64,000 nucleotides of DNA from Pyrinomonadaceae bacterium (GTDB taxonomy: Bacteria > Acidobacteriota > Blastocatellia > Pyrinomonadales > Pyrinomonadaceae): assembly GCA_035251975.1 (NCBI GenBank), contig DATFDT010000053.1, forward strand, positions 762 to 64,761, given 5' to 3'. The position numbers were made by a program, and so were the translations under genes. A model generated the notes under the pieces. That model was not told the origin of the DNA. It worked only from the letters and a program-made list of their open reading frames with translations, and made no database searches. Positions 9,680 to 18,638 of the stretch are shown piece after piece. Each line of letters starts with the position of its first letter. The first letter of the stretch is position 1.

Positions 9680-10636
9680 TCAAAGCCACGAAGACGTGAC
9701 CAGCATTTTGAGCCGTTGCCTCGGGACGAACGGTGCGGCGGCGGCGCAGGCGAGCCACTTAATCGTGTGTTTTATTCTGTCACTCAACAGCGCTGCCCTG
9801 ATCATCTCTCGTAGACAAGCTCCGAGCGGGCCGTGCGAGATAGTTTCGAGTGCGAGTGTCTGCTGATCGTTCCGCATGTGCTCGCGATTCAGCGCCAAAA
9901 CCTCCGCGTCGGCCGTAAGTGCTTCGACCTTCTTCCGGATCAAAATCATCGACGAATACATCTTTCGCCGGTCAGCGCTGGAACTCGCAGAGTGCCATCT
10001 GACGAGTGCCATTGTCCCGGCTGAATCGATAAACTGAAAACGCATTCCCGCAGCCGCGCAGCGCAGCCAGTAGTCCCAGTCCTCCGCCGGAGGAAGCGCG
10101 TTATCAAACAGTCCGATCGCATCAACAACTCTCCGACGGATCAAGGGAGAATTGATCACCATGATGTTCTGGCGCACGAGTGCAGTCAAAACCTCTTTGC
10201 CGCTGCCGGACGTTTCGGGCATCCACGGCTTGTTTTCACCCCAAACCCAATAGAGTCTCTCATCGGGCGCTTCGGTCTTGAAGTAACGCATGCTGCCGTA
10301 GACGACGTCCAGGTGCGTGTGCGCTTCCAAATACGCAACCTGCTTCTCAAACTTCTGCGACTCGATCAGATCATCGGCGTCAAGAAACTGTATGTACTCG
10401 CCCGCACAGTTTCGCAGGCCGTTGTTCTTGGCCGCAGCTTGCAGCGCATTTTCTTGTCGCAGGAACTTGAGGCGCGTGTCTCGTTCTATAAAGCGCGAGA
10501 CACGCTCAGCAGTGTCGTCCGTTGACCCGTCATCAATGATGATGCACTCCCAGTTGTCATAGGTCTGTGCGCGGAGGCACTCCAGCGTCTCGCCGATGAA
10601 GCGACCATAGTTATAAGTCGGGACGATGACACTCAC
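9680..10636 (-). CDS. Glycosyltransferase family 2
   Basis: VIVPTYNYGRFIGETLECLRAQTY, IIIDDGSTDDT, FLDADD. Confidence 0.85.
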   Translation of the reverse strand: MSVIVPTYNYGRFIGETLECLRAQTYDNWECIIIDDGSTDDTAERVSRFIERDTRLKFLRQENALQAAAKNNGLRNCAGEYIQFLDADDLIESQKFEKQVAYLEAHTHLDVVYGSMRYFKTEAPDERLYWVWGENKPWMPETSGSGKEVLTALVRQNIMVINSPLIRRRVVDAIGLFDNALPPAEDWDYWLRCAAAGMRFQFIDSAGTMALVRWHSASSSADRRKMYSSMILIRKKVEALTADAEVLALNREHMRNDQQTLALETISHGPLGACLREMIRAALLSDRIKHTIKWLACAAAAPFVPRQRLKMLVTSSWL

Positions 10637-10652
10637 GAGTGGTTTAATCGTC

Positions 10653-11867
10653 CTACCCTCCCACTACATCCAGTAGCCGAAAAAATGCGGTGCGCGACGC
10701 CGCAATGTCGAAGTCTGTCCGCGCCCGCTCTTGCGCGTTTGCGATCAGCCGCTGACACAACTGAGCGTCGCCGAGTATAAGCTCGATGGCTTCGGCGAGT
10801 CGCGCTGGATCATCCTCATCTACAACCACGCCGCATTCGTGTTTGCGGAAATACCAGGAGATGAACGAATCGCGTGGCGCGTGAACAAGCACGGGGCGAC
10901 GCGACGCCAAATACTCGCCGAGTTTCGTCGTCGCCGATGTTCTTATCAGGTCCGGGTACGGCGAATCGAACGCGAGCGGTAGGAAAAGTATGTCGGCTTC
11001 CATCTGCACTCGCGGCATCTCCGTCATAGCCTGCTGCCGGTGCAGGACGATGGGGCCGCGCACGTTCTCGCGCTGCAGTGTCTCTTCTGGTTGATTCGTG
11101 TACAGGTGTAAGCTAACGCGCCAGTGGTCCAGCTTTCGAATGGCGGCCATCAAGTTCCTGAACGCACCAAAGTGAGCCTCGTAGACCGCGCCTGTGTAGA
11201 CAATGTTGACCTCGCCTGAACGGTTGCCAGTCGCGACTGGTGTGAGTGTTTCGTAGGGCGAGATGTCAAACGAGTTGTGAATAACAGCGGCTTCCACGCC
11301 GAAACGCTCCTGCAGGTCGTCACGCAGGATTTCGTTCGGGGCAATGACACCCGACGCGCCTTTCATTATGAAAGGCTCAAATCGGCGTGCCCAGAACACA
11401 TTAACGGGATCTTCCCACTCACGATAGGAGTAGTGGTCGAAGACATATGCGTAGAACGGGACGCCGGTAACCCGGCTTGCAAGATAGCCGGCAGGAAGAA
11501 GCGTAACGTCTCCTGTGCAAGCCACCACGGCATCGCATCCCTCGCGCCGGACGATGTCCGCTATGCGGGAGCGATGCCCCATGACGGCTAGCTGGATGTT
11601 GAGGCTTTCGCGCAGCGTTCGCACACCCCAGCGATACCCCCTATTGAACCTGAAGGGAGGCGGCAGGTAATAGTATCGGCACTGCAGCATCTGCGACGCG
11701 CCTTCACCAGGCTGGTTGGCATTGTGCTGCTCGGGTGATATGAGACAGTAGTGCTCGGGGTCAAGGTCTCGCAGCATCCTGTAGATGACCAGCGCCTGGC
11801 CCGTGCCCGATGGCGGCACGTTGTGTGAGATGAGGGCGAACTTCAACTCAGATTCGACCTCGCCCAA
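10653..11867 (-). CDS. Putative glycosyltransferase (GT-B fold, GT4/GT1-like)
   Basis: 404 aa. The C-terminal half (LFLPLAFDSPYPDLIRTSATTKLGEYLASRRPVLVHAP) resembles the nucleotide-sugar-binding half of GT-B enzymes. Start is uncertain because of a 25-nt overlap with the upstream gene. Confidence 0.55.
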   Translation of the reverse strand: MGEVESELKFALISHNVPPSGTGQALVIYRMLRDLDPEHYCLISPEQHNANQPGEGASQMLQCRYYYLPPPFRFNRGYRWGVRTLRESLNIQLAVMGHRSRIADIVRREGCDAVVACTGDVTLLPAGYLASRVTGVPFYAYVFDHYSYREWEDPVNVFWARRFEPFIMKGASGVIAPNEILRDDLQERFGVEAAVIHNSFDISPYETLTPVATGNRSGEVNIVYTGAVYEAHFGAFRNLMAAIRKLDHWRVSLHLYTNQPEETLQRENVRGPIVLHRQQAMTEMPRVQMEADILFLPLAFDSPYPDLIRTSATTKLGEYLASRRPVLVHAPRDSFISWYFRKHECGVVVDEDDPARLAEAIELILGDAQLCQRLIANAQERARTDFDIAASRTAFFRLLDVVGG

Positions 11868-12772
11868 GCCATGTATTCGGTGAGACCGTCGAGAAGATTG
11901 ACGGCCGGTTGGTAGCTGAATGCGGCCCCCGCGGCTGAGATATCGGCGCGGCTGTTTCGGACGTCGCCTTTGCGCGGCGGTTCATGCTTTATACTCGGCT
12001 CGATCCCGCTTGCTTCGTGCATCAATTGGACCAGACGGTTGACAGTGATCGCCTCTCCCGACGCGACATTGAACGCGCCCGAGAGGCCACGCATCTGTGC
12101 GGCCTGGAGGTTGGCGCGCGCGACGTCGCGGACATTGACGAAGTCGCGTGTCTGTTCCCCGTCGTCGTAGATCGTTAAGGTGTCGCCGCGCAACATGCGG
12201 TGGGCGAAGATCGGAATAACGTTGCCATAGGCGTCGTAACGTTGATTGATACCATAGACGTTGAAGTAGCGCAGGCACACGGCTTCCAACTCATACAGCT
12301 TCGCGTAAGCAAGACAATGTTTTTCCTCGGCGAGCTTGCTGACACCGTAAGGCGTATCAGGCTCACATGGATGGTCCTCGCGGATTGGCAGATGTTTGAG
12401 CTCGCCGAAGATCGCGGCTGATGAGGAGCAGACCACTTTTCGCACGCGCCCGCGACGCGCTGCTTCGAGCACTCGTAGCGTGCCGAGAACATTGACATCG
12501 GAATCGTCTACCGGATTCTCGATCGAGCGCGTATTGCCGACCGACGCCGCGAGGTGGAAGATGAGCTCGGCGCCGTCAGTCACCTGGTCCAATACGCTAG
12601 CATTGCGCACGTCCGCCTCGACCAGCCGCACGTTTTTTAAACCTTCAAGGTTTTCACGATAACCGGTAGCCAGATTGTCGAGCACGACCACGTCGTACCC
12701 CTCTTCGGCAAGGAGCCGAGCGACGTTGGAGCCGATAAAACCTGCCCCGCCCGTTACCAGAGCCTTGCTCAT
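11843..12772 (-). CDS. NDP-sugar 4-epimerase family protein (GalE-like extended SDR)
   Basis: VTGGAGFIGSN, SSSAAIFG, catalytic YGVSKLAEE, DGEQTRDFV. Confidence 0.8.
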   Translation of the reverse strand: MSKALVTGGAGFIGSNVARLLAEEGYDVVVLDNLATGYRENLEGLKNVRLVEADVRNASVLDQVTDGAELIFHLAASVGNTRSIENPVDDSDVNVLGTLRVLEAARRGRVRKVVCSSSAAIFGELKHLPIREDHPCEPDTPYGVSKLAEEKHCLAYAKLYELEAVCLRYFNVYGINQRYDAYGNVIPIFAHRMLRGDTLTIYDDGEQTRDFVNVRDVARANLQAAQMRGLSGAFNVASGEAITVNRLVQLMHEASGIEPSIKHEPPRKGDVRNSRADISAAGAAFSYQPAVNLLDGLTEYMAWARSNLS

Positions 12773-12788
12773 AAGATTTGCACCGAAA

Positions 12789-13745
12789 TCATCTTAGATT
12801 GTAGACGCCGCGCATCCAGTCGGCCGTTATACGCATACCATCTTCAAGACTGTACGTGTTCTTATGGCCCAGGTCGCGAATGGATTTCGAGATGTCGACG
12901 CGCTTGATCTTCGTTGTAAGAATTTCCGATTCGCGATGTTCGACGATAGACGGGTTGGCGCCGGTCACTTTGAGCACCACGTCCGAGAGCTCTTCAATCG
13001 AGTGATGATGCGCGCCGCCAATATTGTAGGTCTCGCCTGGTTTGAAGTTTTCTGTGATGTTCGCGGCGGTGCGGACCGTGTCAGCGAGAAATGTTGACGT
13101 GCGGTGATGACCGCGAAAAACGGTGTACGGCTGACCCGTGAGGGCGCAATAGAGAAAGCGGCAGTTGACCGAGCGATACGGACTGTAATACTCGCCTGGT
13201 CCATAGGTATTGAAAAGCCTCACGACCACAGATTGCGTTCCGTACTGGATCGCCGAGTTTCGCACCTGCATTTCGTTGACCCACTTCGTCATCGCATAGT
13301 CGTTCATCTGCTTGATCTCGTACTCATCCATGACCGATTCGGCCATCAACTCAGGCCAGTCGCCATACACTTCCGAGGACGAGAAGTGAATTAATTTGAA
13401 TCCCAGTCGTTCCTGCAGTCGAATAACATTCTTGGTTCCAACTGCATTCGTGCGCCACAGGGTCTCGTAAAAGTCTTCTCCATTCCAACGTCCGAATTCG
13501 GCGGCGCAATGATAAACATAATCGAATGGACCCATGCGTTCGAACACTCGCTCGATCTGACGAAATTCGCCAACATCACAACGCGCATAGAGCGGCTGTT
13601 CGACGTCTGTGCGCAAGGAAAAACCAACCTCGTCGGGCTGGTGGTAAAGATCGCCGGAGACGACATGATGGCCGCGCGAACGCAACTCCTTGATTAGTCC
13701 CGTGCCGACGATTCCTAAGCCGCCCGTTACAAGAATCCGCGTCAT
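12789..13745 (-). CDS. NAD-dependent epimerase/dehydratase family protein
   Basis: VTGGLGIVGTG Rossmann motif, SSSEVYG, catalytic YAMTKWVNE. Confidence 0.75.
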   Translation of the reverse strand: MTRILVTGGLGIVGTGLIKELRSRGHHVVSGDLYHQPDEVGFSLRTDVEQPLYARCDVGEFRQIERVFERMGPFDYVYHCAAEFGRWNGEDFYETLWRTNAVGTKNVIRLQERLGFKLIHFSSSEVYGDWPELMAESVMDEYEIKQMNDYAMTKWVNEMQVRNSAIQYGTQSVVVRLFNTYGPGEYYSPYRSVNCRFLYCALTGQPYTVFRGHHRTSTFLADTVRTAANITENFKPGETYNIGGAHHHSIEELSDVVLKVTGANPSIVEHRESEILTTKIKRVDISKSIRDLGHKNTYSLEDGMRITADWMRGVYNLR

Positions 13746-13834
13746 TTTTTGTGTGATTTCACCTTTATTGTTGAGTTTCTGCTGCCCCCGACCGACCGCG
13801 TAGAATACCGTAACGCGGGTTCAACCACCAACAC

Positions 13835-13885
13835 ATCCACCAGAATTACACAGATTGTTTTATAGAATCCGCGTAATCTGTGGAT
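13835..13885. repeat. Family C hairpin element, copy 1 (degenerate)
   Basis: ATCCACCAGAATTACACAGATTG ... GAATCCGCGTAATCTGTGGAT. Compare the perfect copies at 50192 and 58670. Confidence 0.75.
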
Positions 13886-13894
13886 ACCAAGTCT

Positions 13895-15613
13895 TCAGGC
13901 GACACGATCTAATACCCTCACTCCAAACCGCAACACGCGTTTTAGCTCAAACGCTGCTCGCGCGATCCAACGCGGTGCAGGCCGTGTCGATTTTTCGATC
14001 GCGGCTGTTCGCGCGTCGAGTTTCCATTCGATGAAGCGTAGGTAAGCGTCTTCACACTCGCGCAGCGAGAGCGGCGGATTCGCGCGCGTTTCTAAAACGT
14101 ATTCTTGTGACCGACGTCCCAGTTCGCTGCGATGCTGCTCGTCCGTGAGGAGACCACGGACGACGCGTTTCATCTGCTCGAAATCCCCGCGCGGCACAAC
14201 CAGCTCGGGTATATCAATGAACTCATCTGCCAGCGACCAGTCGGTCTGGTCAAACAATTTCATGTAATCATTTTCAAACGAGACGCACGGAATTCCGAGC
14301 GCAAGCGGGTCGAGCAGGGTCCCGCCGCCGCCGGATGGGAAGGTATCTATTAAAACGTCGGCCAAACACAGAGCCCGCAGGTAACTGTCACCACCGCGCC
14401 AACTCAGAAACCGTATACGTGCTTTCGACTCCGGAGTGAGCACATCCGGCAGAAATGGTATCTGCGACTCGTCGGGACCCATTACGAGGTAATACATGTG
14501 CGGAAACTCGTGCAGCAGGTCAACAACTGCCCGCCAAAATCTCGGTTCCTGAAACTTGACGTAGCGGCCGGCGCTTGCGACTACCACGGCATGATACGGG
14601 ATGCCCAATTCCTGCTTTTCGTAAGGTGTGATTTTGTCGCGCTCTGGCAGGTCGCCTCGCAGCGGCACCCGCAGGCAATCGACGGGAGAGTCAATCAGGG
14701 GGTGTTTGGACCATGCTATGCCCCCGTCCAGATCCGGCGGCACAAATTGCGGCGGGGGACCCTGAACGAGAGCAATAACGAAAGGCGCCGGTCGCAACGA
14801 GGTGAGGTAATAGTGCTGAAACTGCGTGAGCGCCCCGCTCGTGACCAACAAGTCGGAGCGCATCTCGTAAATCGTCCGAGCGACTGCCCGAAGCTGCTCG
14901 TGGATAGCCCCGTTATCCGGTGCAGTTATCACTTTGTATCCCTGGCTTTCGAATAGGCGGACGTGTTCGCGACCCGCTTCGGATGCGTTGACGACACGCT
15001 CCGACTCGGGAACGAAAAACATCGGCTCGAATCGCGAACGGTCGTGATAGCGCGCGAAGAGCAGGTTAACCTTGATGAGGACCGAGCCTATCTCGGTTAT
15101 GCCTTTGACGAGGTATGCCACGCGTATTTTTCCGGAGTTCAAAATATTGCGCCGCGGCTTAGGTGAGAACCTGTGGGGCCGCGCGAGGCTATTGACGCAG
15201 TCGAGGATGTCGAAATCGTACTCGAACTTGTCGAGACGCTTAAACTGCATGTAAGCGTACTGCCACAGGTCGAAATAGGTGATAGCCGCCGGCAGATCTC
15301 CGCGCTCGGCCGCTGTTATCCCTAGCCGCTTATAAGCCTCACGGATTTTGGGGAGATCGTCGAGCGCGGAATGGATTTGTGTGTAGAGAGGCAGGAGGTC
15401 TGCGCGAAAGCTGCTGAGTTGCCACGCGCGCTGCATGAACACGCGCGCTCGCTGGAGATCTTCATCGTTACCGGACTTAAAGTAAGCTTCAGCCAACCGG
15501 TAGTTTACATCCCCGCGCTCGTTGCGGTCCTCGAGGCAAATGAAGGGTAGGAGTTGTGTGGGTGGAACACTTTCTCCACTCGCAATCCGAGATAAAATTG
15601 CCTCAAGGCTCAT
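13895..15613 (-). CDS. TPR-repeat protein with C-terminal GT41 / SPINDLY-type (O-GlcNAc-transferase-like) glycosyltransferase domain
   Basis: The N-terminal ~130 aa are TPR-like. The C-terminal LADVLIDTFPSGGGGTLLDPLALGIPCVSF matches the DTFPY-G-TT..DALWMGVP signature of SPY/OGT-family enzymes. Confidence 0.65.
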   Translation of the reverse strand: MSLEAILSRIASGESVPPTQLLPFICLEDRNERGDVNYRLAEAYFKSGNDEDLQRARVFMQRAWQLSSFRADLLPLYTQIHSALDDLPKIREAYKRLGITAAERGDLPAAITYFDLWQYAYMQFKRLDKFEYDFDILDCVNSLARPHRFSPKPRRNILNSGKIRVAYLVKGITEIGSVLIKVNLLFARYHDRSRFEPMFFVPESERVVNASEAGREHVRLFESQGYKVITAPDNGAIHEQLRAVARTIYEMRSDLLVTSGALTQFQHYYLTSLRPAPFVIALVQGPPPQFVPPDLDGGIAWSKHPLIDSPVDCLRVPLRGDLPERDKITPYEKQELGIPYHAVVVASAGRYVKFQEPRFWRAVVDLLHEFPHMYYLVMGPDESQIPFLPDVLTPESKARIRFLSWRGGDSYLRALCLADVLIDTFPSGGGGTLLDPLALGIPCVSFENDYMKLFDQTDWSLADEFIDIPELVVPRGDFEQMKRVVRGLLTDEQHRSELGRRSQEYVLETRANPPLSLRECEDAYLRFIEWKLDARTAAIEKSTRPAPRWIARAAFELKRVLRFGVRVLDRVA

Positions 15614-15630
15614 TTCTCTTAACTAGTTTC

Positions 15631-15722
15631 TTCTCTGTGCAACCTCTGTGTTCTCTGTGGTTGTTTTTTCTAAGGTACAGCGAACCACAGAGACACAGAG
15701 AACACAGAGGTTGCACAGAGAA
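15631..15722. repeat. Family A hairpin element, copy 3
   Basis: TTCTCTGTGCAACCTCTGTGTTCTCTGTGG ... CCACAGAGACACAGAGAACACAGAGGTTGCACAGAGAA. The left arm lacks one heptamer. Confidence 0.9.
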
Positions 15723-15726
15723 GATC

Positions 15727-16953
15727 TCACTTCTTCGCAGCGAACCGTTCGTTAACTTCGGATCCATTTGCAATGATGAACCTGAGGAGCTCACAGATGG
15801 CGGAAATCTGTTCAGAATCAACGGCTGTACCTGTGGGTAATGCGACCACTCGCTCCGCTACCTGCTCAGTAACCGGTAACCTCGAGCCGGCGTTGGGATC
15901 GTCAGTTCGGTAAGGCTCCATTTGATGACAACCGGGATAGAAGTACCGCCGCGCGAGAACTTTTTCCGCGTGCAGCAACTCAACTACCTGATCACGCGTG
16001 ACGCGATTCTTCTCGTCATTAATTTCGATAATTACATATTGGTAGTTGCCTTTGTTTTCAGTGTCGTAGTTGATCAAACTCAGGCCGTCGACATTTGCCA
16101 GCTCCGCTGCATACTGTTGATAGTTGCGTTGATTGATATCGATGAAGTCCTGCATGCTTTCGAGATTCGTGAGACCGAACGCAGCCGAAACCTCATTTAG
16201 CTTCCCATTCGTTCCGATATAGTCTGTTTGATCGTAGTTAGAGAAACCAAAATTTTTCATCAACCGCATCTTAGCGGCGAGCTCGGAATCGTTCGTGACA
16301 ACTGCGCCGCCCTCCATTGAGTTGATGAACTTCGTCGCGTGGAAACTGAATACTTCAGCATCGCCGAAGCGACCAATCATGCCGTCTCCATGAGAACAGC
16401 CAAAGGCGTGAGCGGAATCGAAAAGGAGCTTCAGACCGCGTCGCGTAGCGATCTCCTCCAGCGCTTCAACCTCACAGGCGCGACCGAAAACATGAACCGG
16501 CAGGATGCCTGTCGTTCGCGGAGTGATCAACTGTTCGACGAGCGTAGGATCGATGTTGTATGTGTTTCTATCGATGTCACAGAAGACTGGCGTAATCCCC
16601 TGCCACTTGAGCGCATGGGCAGTAGCAATGAAAGTGAACGAGGGCACGATTACTTCGCCGCTGAGATTCAATGCTCGAATCGCAATCTCGAGAGCGACTG
16701 TGGCATTGCACATCGCGACGCAGTGTTCGACGCCAACAATCTCTGCTATCCGTTTTTCGAAATCACTGACGTAACGGCCGCCATTCGTAAGCCAATGTCG
16801 ATCGAGGATATCCCCAAGCCGTTTCTCAAACTCCTGTCGATTGCCGATATTGGGCCGGCCTACGTGTAACGGTTCAGCGAACGCAGCGTCGCCGCCGAAA
16901 TATGCCAGATCGGAAACGGTAGACTTAAGCTGGTCCTGTTTTACAGCGGACAT
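15727..16953 (-). CDS. DegT/DnrJ/EryC1/StrS-family PLP-dependent NDP-sugar aminotransferase
   Basis: 408 aa. FSFHATKFINSMEGGAVVT contains the Schiff-base Lys in its usual context. CNATVALEIAIRAL is the N-terminal family region. Confidence 0.85.
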   Translation of the reverse strand: MSAVKQDQLKSTVSDLAYFGGDAAFAEPLHVGRPNIGNRQEFEKRLGDILDRHWLTNGGRYVSDFEKRIAEIVGVEHCVAMCNATVALEIAIRALNLSGEVIVPSFTFIATAHALKWQGITPVFCDIDRNTYNIDPTLVEQLITPRTTGILPVHVFGRACEVEALEEIATRRGLKLLFDSAHAFGCSHGDGMIGRFGDAEVFSFHATKFINSMEGGAVVTNDSELAAKMRLMKNFGFSNYDQTDYIGTNGKLNEVSAAFGLTNLESMQDFIDINQRNYQQYAAELANVDGLSLINYDTENKGNYQYVIIEINDEKNRVTRDQVVELLHAEKVLARRYFYPGCHQMEPYRTDDPNAGSRLPVTEQVAERVVALPTGTAVDSEQISAICELLRFIIANGSEVNERFAAKK

Positions 16954-17009
16954 GTCAGGTACGTTTCTCCTGCGTGTTGTCGTTCATGGATGGGAGGACC
17001 GGAAGGATC

Positions 17010-17564
17010 CTAAACAAGTGCGGCAAACTCAACTTTCAGGAGTTCGTAAAGCTTGTGGTCGTACCAGACTCCAGCCTTCTGAAACTCTTCACGTTGCTCG
17101 CCAATGTATCTGAAGCCGAGCCGTTTGATCAGATTCTCAGAAGCTTTATTTACAGAAAAATGACTGACAAAAACCTTGTGAAGTCCGAGCTCTTGAAACG
17201 CAAACTCGAGCACGCGCTTGCCGGCCTCGGTCATAATACCCTGGCCCTGGTAACGACGGCCCAACCAGTAAGCCAGCTCAGCTTTGTTGTAAGTCAGAGC
17301 TCGATGACTACGCACAACACCAATGATACTGAATATACCGCAGAATGAATCATCCTTGAATATCGCCCACGTGATTCCTTTACCCGTCTCAATTCTGGCC
17401 TGTTCATTCTTCAAGAACTCCACGGTTTGAGCGCGATCGGTGTGCGCCTCCCAGGCCATGTATTTGGAAATCTCGGGATCGGAAATATCCGGCCAGATCA
17501 GATCGAGATCGGCAGGCTCCAACGGCCGCAGCAGAAGGTGCTCAGTCTCGAGTACGAGATTCAA
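17010..17564 (-). CDS. GNAT-family N-acetyltransferase (RimJ/RimL-like)
   Basis: LLLRPLEPADLDL..., and the acetyl-CoA-binding region LGRRYQGQGIMTEAGKRVLEFAF. The ORF track starts at 17636, inside the loop of repeat A4. I prefer the TTG at 17564 (AAAAGGAG 13 nt upstream), but the start is uncertain. Confidence 0.7.
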   Translation of the reverse strand: MNLVLETEHLLLRPLEPADLDLIWPDISDPEISKYMAWEAHTDRAQTVEFLKNEQARIETGKGITWAIFKDDSFCGIFSIIGVVRSHRALTYNKAELAYWLGRRYQGQGIMTEAGKRVLEFAFQELGLHKVFVSHFSVNKASENLIKRLGFRYIGEQREEFQKAGVWYDHKLYELLKVEFAALV

Positions 17565-17597
17565 TTTCTTTCGTCGACTCCTTTTAGCTTCATGCTC

Positions 17598-17681
17598 TTC
17601 TCTGTGTAACCTCTGTGTTCTCTGTGGTTGTATCATTCGTTAACCACAGAGACACAGAGGACACTGAGGTTGCACAGAGAA
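17598..17681. repeat. Family A hairpin element, copy 4
   Basis: TTCTCTGTGTAACCTCTGTGTTCTCTGTGG ... CCACAGAGACACAGAGGACACTGAGGTTGCACAGAGAA. Confidence 0.9.
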
Positions 17682-17691
17682 GACAGAAGTC

Positions 17692-18621
17692 CTAGCTCTC
17701 TAACAGCGTGGCGTATCCAAACCCCTCTACTCCAAACCCATTCCCGTTATAAAACATCAGCGTGCGGCCATTCGCGACCGCCACCGCGGGGTAAGCAATC
17801 ATTTTTGAATCCCAACCGTCTTCAGAAGGATCGATTCCAGCCTGACTATCATCTCTGGACCATCGCTTCATATCGTCGGAAGAGGCATACCCGATTCGAT
17901 AAGCAGTTTCACCATCGCGAAAGTTACGACTGCCGCGGTAGCAGAACCACATGTGATATCGCTCCGCGATCTTTAACACAGTCGGTCTGGTTATAGCCTC
18001 ATAATCCGTCCGCTGACAAATTGCCGGCTCCTGAGTTGGAGTCCAATTGATGCCGTCGTTCGAGTGAGCATATCTGATGTCATAAACATGCTCATGCTTT
18101 CCGTCGACGTCGAGCCAGCCGGTTCCCGAGCCGTACCACATGTGCCAATCATTACCCTCGCGCAACACTGTGGGCGAAGTAGCCGAATAAGGATCGTGCA
18201 AACTTCTCGACAGAATCGGCCCCTCGCTGATCTTAGTGAACGTCTCTCCACCATCATCGCTAATCGCGAGGCCGGTGGAATTGATGTAGGGAACTGACGC
18301 CGATCGCGACCAGCCGCTGTAGTAAAGGAAGACCTTGTTTCCGTCCCTGATTGCGGCGCTGGGCATGATACCGTGCTCATCAAACGTGCCTGGTTTTCCT
18401 GGTTCGAGTAAGGGATCGGAATGCAAACGAACGACTCTGCTCGGGTCGTCGATGTCGAGATCAATGAAGCTGGTCAAGCTTAGATTCGGTTGCGGGCGCG
18501 ACGAGAAATAGACTCGAATAACATCGTCACACACTAAAGGAGTCGGTACCTGCGCATGAGTCTTCATCCAACCGCCAGCGCCGTTGGGTGAAAAAACCAA
18601 TCCCTTCTTTTGCCATTTCAT
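17692..18621 (-). CDS. Hypothetical cytoplasmic protein, beta-propeller glycosidase/glycan-phosphorylase-like fold (tentative)
   Basis: 309 aa from the ATG at 18621 (MKWQKKGLVF). Earlier track start codons overlap the upstream gene. Blade-like segments recur (VFLYYSGW, WHMWYGSG, YHMWFCYRG, LMFYNGNG). No signal peptide. Confidence 0.5.
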   Translation of the reverse strand: MKWQKKGLVFSPNGAGGWMKTHAQVPTPLVCDDVIRVYFSSRPQPNLSLTSFIDLDIDDPSRVVRLHSDPLLEPGKPGTFDEHGIMPSAAIRDGNKVFLYYSGWSRSASVPYINSTGLAISDDGGETFTKISEGPILSRSLHDPYSATSPTVLREGNDWHMWYGSGTGWLDVDGKHEHVYDIRYAHSNDGINWTPTQEPAICQRTDYEAITRPTVLKIAERYHMWFCYRGSRNFRDGETAYRIGYASSDDMKRWSRDDSQAGIDPSEDGWDSKMIAYPAVAVANGRTLMFYNGNGFGVEGFGYATLLES

Positions 18622-18638
18622 GAGAATCAGGTGGAGGA

